Assembly (NCBI GenBank): GCA_038245295.1
Contig: JBBRSP010000015.1
Span: 32,001 to 96,000, forward strand
DNA: 64,000 nt
Origin: Candidatus Binatia bacterium
GTDB lineage: Bacteria; Desulfobacterota; Binatia; HRBIN30
Reading direction: 5' to 3'
The notes beneath the pieces were generated by a model, which saw only the letters and a list, made by a program, of their open reading frames with translations, had not been told where the DNA came from and searched no databases. Below, in pieces: positions 61,380 to 64,000 of the stretch (the first letter of the stretch is position 1; every line of letters starts with the position of its first letter). The position numbers and the translations under genes are program-made.

Positions 61380-61823
61380 ATGAAACGACTAGGCGACATC
61401 ATGCGAGAAGGATTTCTCTTCGCCGTGTTCAAGCATGCCAGCGTTGCCGAGGCAGCTCGGACGATGACGGAAGCCAACGTCGGCATCGTCGTCGTTCTCG
61501 ACAACACCCGCCTGATCGGTGTGTTCTCGGAGCGCGACGCGGTACGCCGCGTCATCGACAAGGGCCTCGACCCCAACACAACCGCGGTCGGCGACGTGAT
61601 GACGCGAAACCTGATCATCGCCGACGAAGACGAGGACTATCGAACCGCGATGCGCCGCATGGACGGCGCCAACATCCGCCACTTGCCGATCGTACGCGGC
61701 GACCAGGTCGTATCAATGCTGTCGATCCGCGACCTGATGCGCGTCGACATGCAACGCATGGATGAGGAGTTGCGCTTCCTCACCGAGTACATCTACACAG
61801 TGCCCGGCGGCGTCGCCACCTAA
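61380..61823 (+). CDS. CBS domain pair protein
   Basis: LIGVFSERD, VGDVMT, IRHLPIV, LSIRDL; AGGAGG RBS. Confidence 0.9.
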   Translation: MKRLGDIMREGFLFAVFKHASVAEAARTMTEANVGIVVVLDNTRLIGVFSERDAVRRVIDKGLDPNTTAVGDVMTRNLIIADEDEDYRTAMRRMDGANIRHLPIVRGDQVVSMLSIRDLMRVDMQRMDEELRFLTEYIYTVPGGVAT

Positions 61824-61945
61824 GGCCCTACGGGTTTCCATCGACCCCTGAGTATTGATCCATCAGGCCCTCATCGGCACGAGGGTGCTAACTTCGACGC
61901 GCAACGTGCTACAAGTCAAGTGTTCCTTGAAGGAGGAAGACACGC

Positions 61946-63052
61946 TTGGCTCAAGATGACTTCCAAGATCGCATCATCGAGTTTCGCCGTCGCGCCGATC
62001 TGCAATCGTGGCTAGCGCGGTTGCTGCAGAACCGGGGCTTTTGGAAATGGGCCCTGCCGCCACTACTCCTGCTCGGTTTGCTCAAGCTTCTGGTGCTCTT
62101 CTGCTTCACCTACGTGGGGCCTTCCGAGTTTGGCATCAAGCAAGTCCGTGTCAGTGTCTTCGGCACCCGCGGCGTCCAGAAAGAAGTCTACTACGCCGGC
62201 TACCACTGGGTGTTTCGCCCCTTTGGCATCGAGCGTATGTTCGTTTTCCCGCGCGACGTGCAAGTGCTCGATCTCACCGGGACGCGCGAAGAAGCGGCGC
62301 GCGAAGCTAGCATCTCCAAAGCCGCGCACATCCAGACTTCCGACGGCTTCTTTGTCGATGTCGATGTGAGCATCCTCTATCGCATCGTCGACCCCTACAT
62401 CGTCTTCACGCGTCTTGGCCCGGGACGCGAATTCGAGACGAATGCGATGATGCCAAAGGTCGAGCCGGTGCTGAAACAAGCCCTCGGCGAAATGACCACC
62501 GAGGAGTTCTACAACAGTCCTCTACGCGCCAAGAAAACGGAGATGGCTAAGGACTTGTTGAATCAGGACCTCGCCGACTACGGCCTGCATGTGGATCACG
62601 TCCTGGTTCGTTACTTCCGTTACACGGACGAGATTCAAAAAAATATCGAGGAAAAGAAGCTGAAGGATCAACTCGTCTTCAAGAACCAAGCCGAGGCTCA
62701 CGCAGCGACCGAAGGCGCGAAGCTGACCAAGATGATGCAAGAGGGCAAGGCGCAGGTCGAAGTGAAGCTCCAAGAAGGCCTCGCCTACATCACAACGAAG
62801 GACGCCGAGCGCGACCTCTACGTCCGGACCAAACATGCCCAAGGCGACCTCATCGTCAAGCTGGCCGAGGCCAAGAAGACCCAGCTCCGCAACGACGCCC
62901 TGCAGGGCGCCGGGTCCGACCGCATGGTCGGCCTCAAGATGGCGGAGGTCTACAAGGGACTCGAAGTCATCGTGCTGCCGAGCGACGGACCGAATGGCAC
63001 CAACCCTCTCAACTTACAGCAGACACTCAAGCTGTTCGACGTGCGGCAGTAA
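61946..63052 (+). CDS. SPFH/band 7 domain protein
   Basis: N-terminal TM; TSDGFFVDVDVSILYRI; coiled-coil C-terminus; TTG start with AGGAGG RBS. Confidence 0.85.
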   Translation: MAQDDFQDRIIEFRRRADLQSWLARLLQNRGFWKWALPPLLLLGLLKLLVLFCFTYVGPSEFGIKQVRVSVFGTRGVQKEVYYAGYHWVFRPFGIERMFVFPRDVQVLDLTGTREEAAREASISKAAHIQTSDGFFVDVDVSILYRIVDPYIVFTRLGPGREFETNAMMPKVEPVLKQALGEMTTEEFYNSPLRAKKTEMAKDLLNQDLADYGLHVDHVLVRYFRYTDEIQKNIEEKKLKDQLVFKNQAEAHAATEGAKLTKMMQEGKAQVEVKLQEGLAYITTKDAERDLYVRTKHAQGDLIVKLAEAKKTQLRNDALQGAGSDRMVGLKMAEVYKGLEVIVLPSDGPNGTNPLNLQQTLKLFDVRQ

Positions 63053-63061
63053 GGACGAGCC

Positions 63062-64000
63062 ATGCGTATCGTTGCCATCCTGTTGGTTTTGCTTTGCCTC
63101 GGCGGATTACTCATGTACCCGCACTCCACCGGTCCAACCGAAGTGGGCGTGCGCACCGTGAAGTGGGACCTGTTTCGCAAGCGTGGCGTGCAGGACGATG
63201 TCTACCCACCCGGCGCGGTCTACTTCTTCCCTGCCCTGCTCAATGATTGGCACGTACTCGACACCAAGCTCACCAATGTCGAGATGACCTTCGACCCGCA
63301 TCGTGGCGATCGACCTGTCCGCGACGATCTGCTGTTCAAGACGGTGGATGGCAACGACATCAGCCTCGACGTCATCGTCGCCTACCGCATCGATGCCGCC
63401 AAAGCACCGTTCATCATACAACAGGTTGGCAGCAGCAATTTTGACATCAAGGACAAAGTCGTGCGCACCGTCGCGCGTAGCCGGCCGCGCGACATCTTCG
63501 GCGAATTGAAGACCGAAGAGTTCTACATTTCAGACAAGCGCGACGAGAAGGCGGAGCAAGCCAAGGCAGTCCTCAACGAACTGCTTGGGCCGTACGGCAT
63601 CATCGTCGAACGCGTGTCGACCAAGGACTATCGCTTCAATGTCGCCTACCAGCGCGCCATCGAAGACAAGAAGATCGCCGAACAGGTCGCCGAGCAGAAC
63701 AAGTCGGCCACCAAGGCGGCCGAAGAGGAGTACCGCAAGAAACTCGAGGACGCCAAAGGCGAGGTCGCCAAGATGGTGGCCGAAAGCGACGGCCGCTTCC
63801 GCCAAGCGCAAATCGAAGCTGACGCTTACTATGGCAAGCAACAACAAATCGCCCAGGCAATCGAAGCCGAAGGCACCGCCGAAGCCAAAGGAATTCAGGA
63901 GATGAATCGCGCCCTCGCCGGCAGTGGCGGCGAAACGATGGTGAAGCTGAAACTCGCCGAGGCCCTCGAAGGCAAACGCATCGTTCTTCTGCCGATGGCG
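63062..64000 (+). CDS. SPFH/band 7 domain protein (partial, runs off the window)
   Basis: Hand translation MRIVAILLVLLCLGG...KTVDGNDISLDVIVAYRID...coiled coil; no stop before 64000; AAGGA RBS; missing from the ORF track. Confidence 0.85.
   Translation, partial: MRIVAILLVLLCLGGLLMYPHSTGPTEVGVRTVKWDLFRKRGVQDDVYPPGAVYFFPALLNDWHVLDTKLTNVEMTFDPHRGDRPVRDDLLFKTVDGNDISLDVIVAYRIDAAKAPFIIQQVGSSNFDIKDKVVRTVARSRPRDIFGELKTEEFYISDKRDEKAEQAKAVLNELLGPYGIIVERVSTKDYRFNVAYQRAIEDKKIAEQVAEQNKSATKAAEEEYRKKLEDAKGEVAKMVAESDGRFRQAQIEADAYYGKQQQIAQAIEAEGTAEAKGIQEMNRALAGSGGETMVKLKLAEALEGKRIVLLPMA

Overview
High-GC (roughly 63-65%, estimated by eye) bacterial chromosomal window, densely coding, with no transposase, integrase, rRNA or CRISPR array seen. 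The delta-type T2SS, the sirC-ccsA-hemA heme operon and a CxGDC dockerin-like secreted protein suggest a deltaproteobacteria-like lineage such as Candidatus Binatia (inference). In order: (1) 1-12.8 kb, a minus-strand glycosylation operon with three GT-C-like polytopic proteins (two paralogs with HEAT-like tails, one with a TPR-like tail), GT4, a polyprenol-P-sugar synthase, GT2, RmlC/RmlD-like and epimerase enzymes and an SxtJ-like peptide; (2) a lipoprotein, an RpoD-family alternative sigma factor, an FKBP, a probable PPK2 remnant, a FemAB-like GNAT overlapping clpA, clpS, an SDR, glnS and a crotonase; (3) a type II secretion cluster gspC-N with an unusually large secretin; (4) an IscA/ErpA gene and a heme/siroheme operon; (5) an ECF sigma/anti-sigma/DUF3106-like triad, a GAF kinase, dxr and a D,D-carboxypeptidase; (6) a frameshifted kinase pseudogene, a hybrid kinase-OYE-DapA-like operon, an acyltransferase, a REP-like element and tRNA-Met; (7) a dockerin-like secreted protein, a cytochrome c lipoprotein, a CBS protein and an SPFH pair. 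The best candidate for an undescribed system is the GT-C/helical-repeat glycosylation operon. All calls come from motif recognition by eye; no database search was run, and many start codons were re-chosen by RBS, overlap or homology logic.
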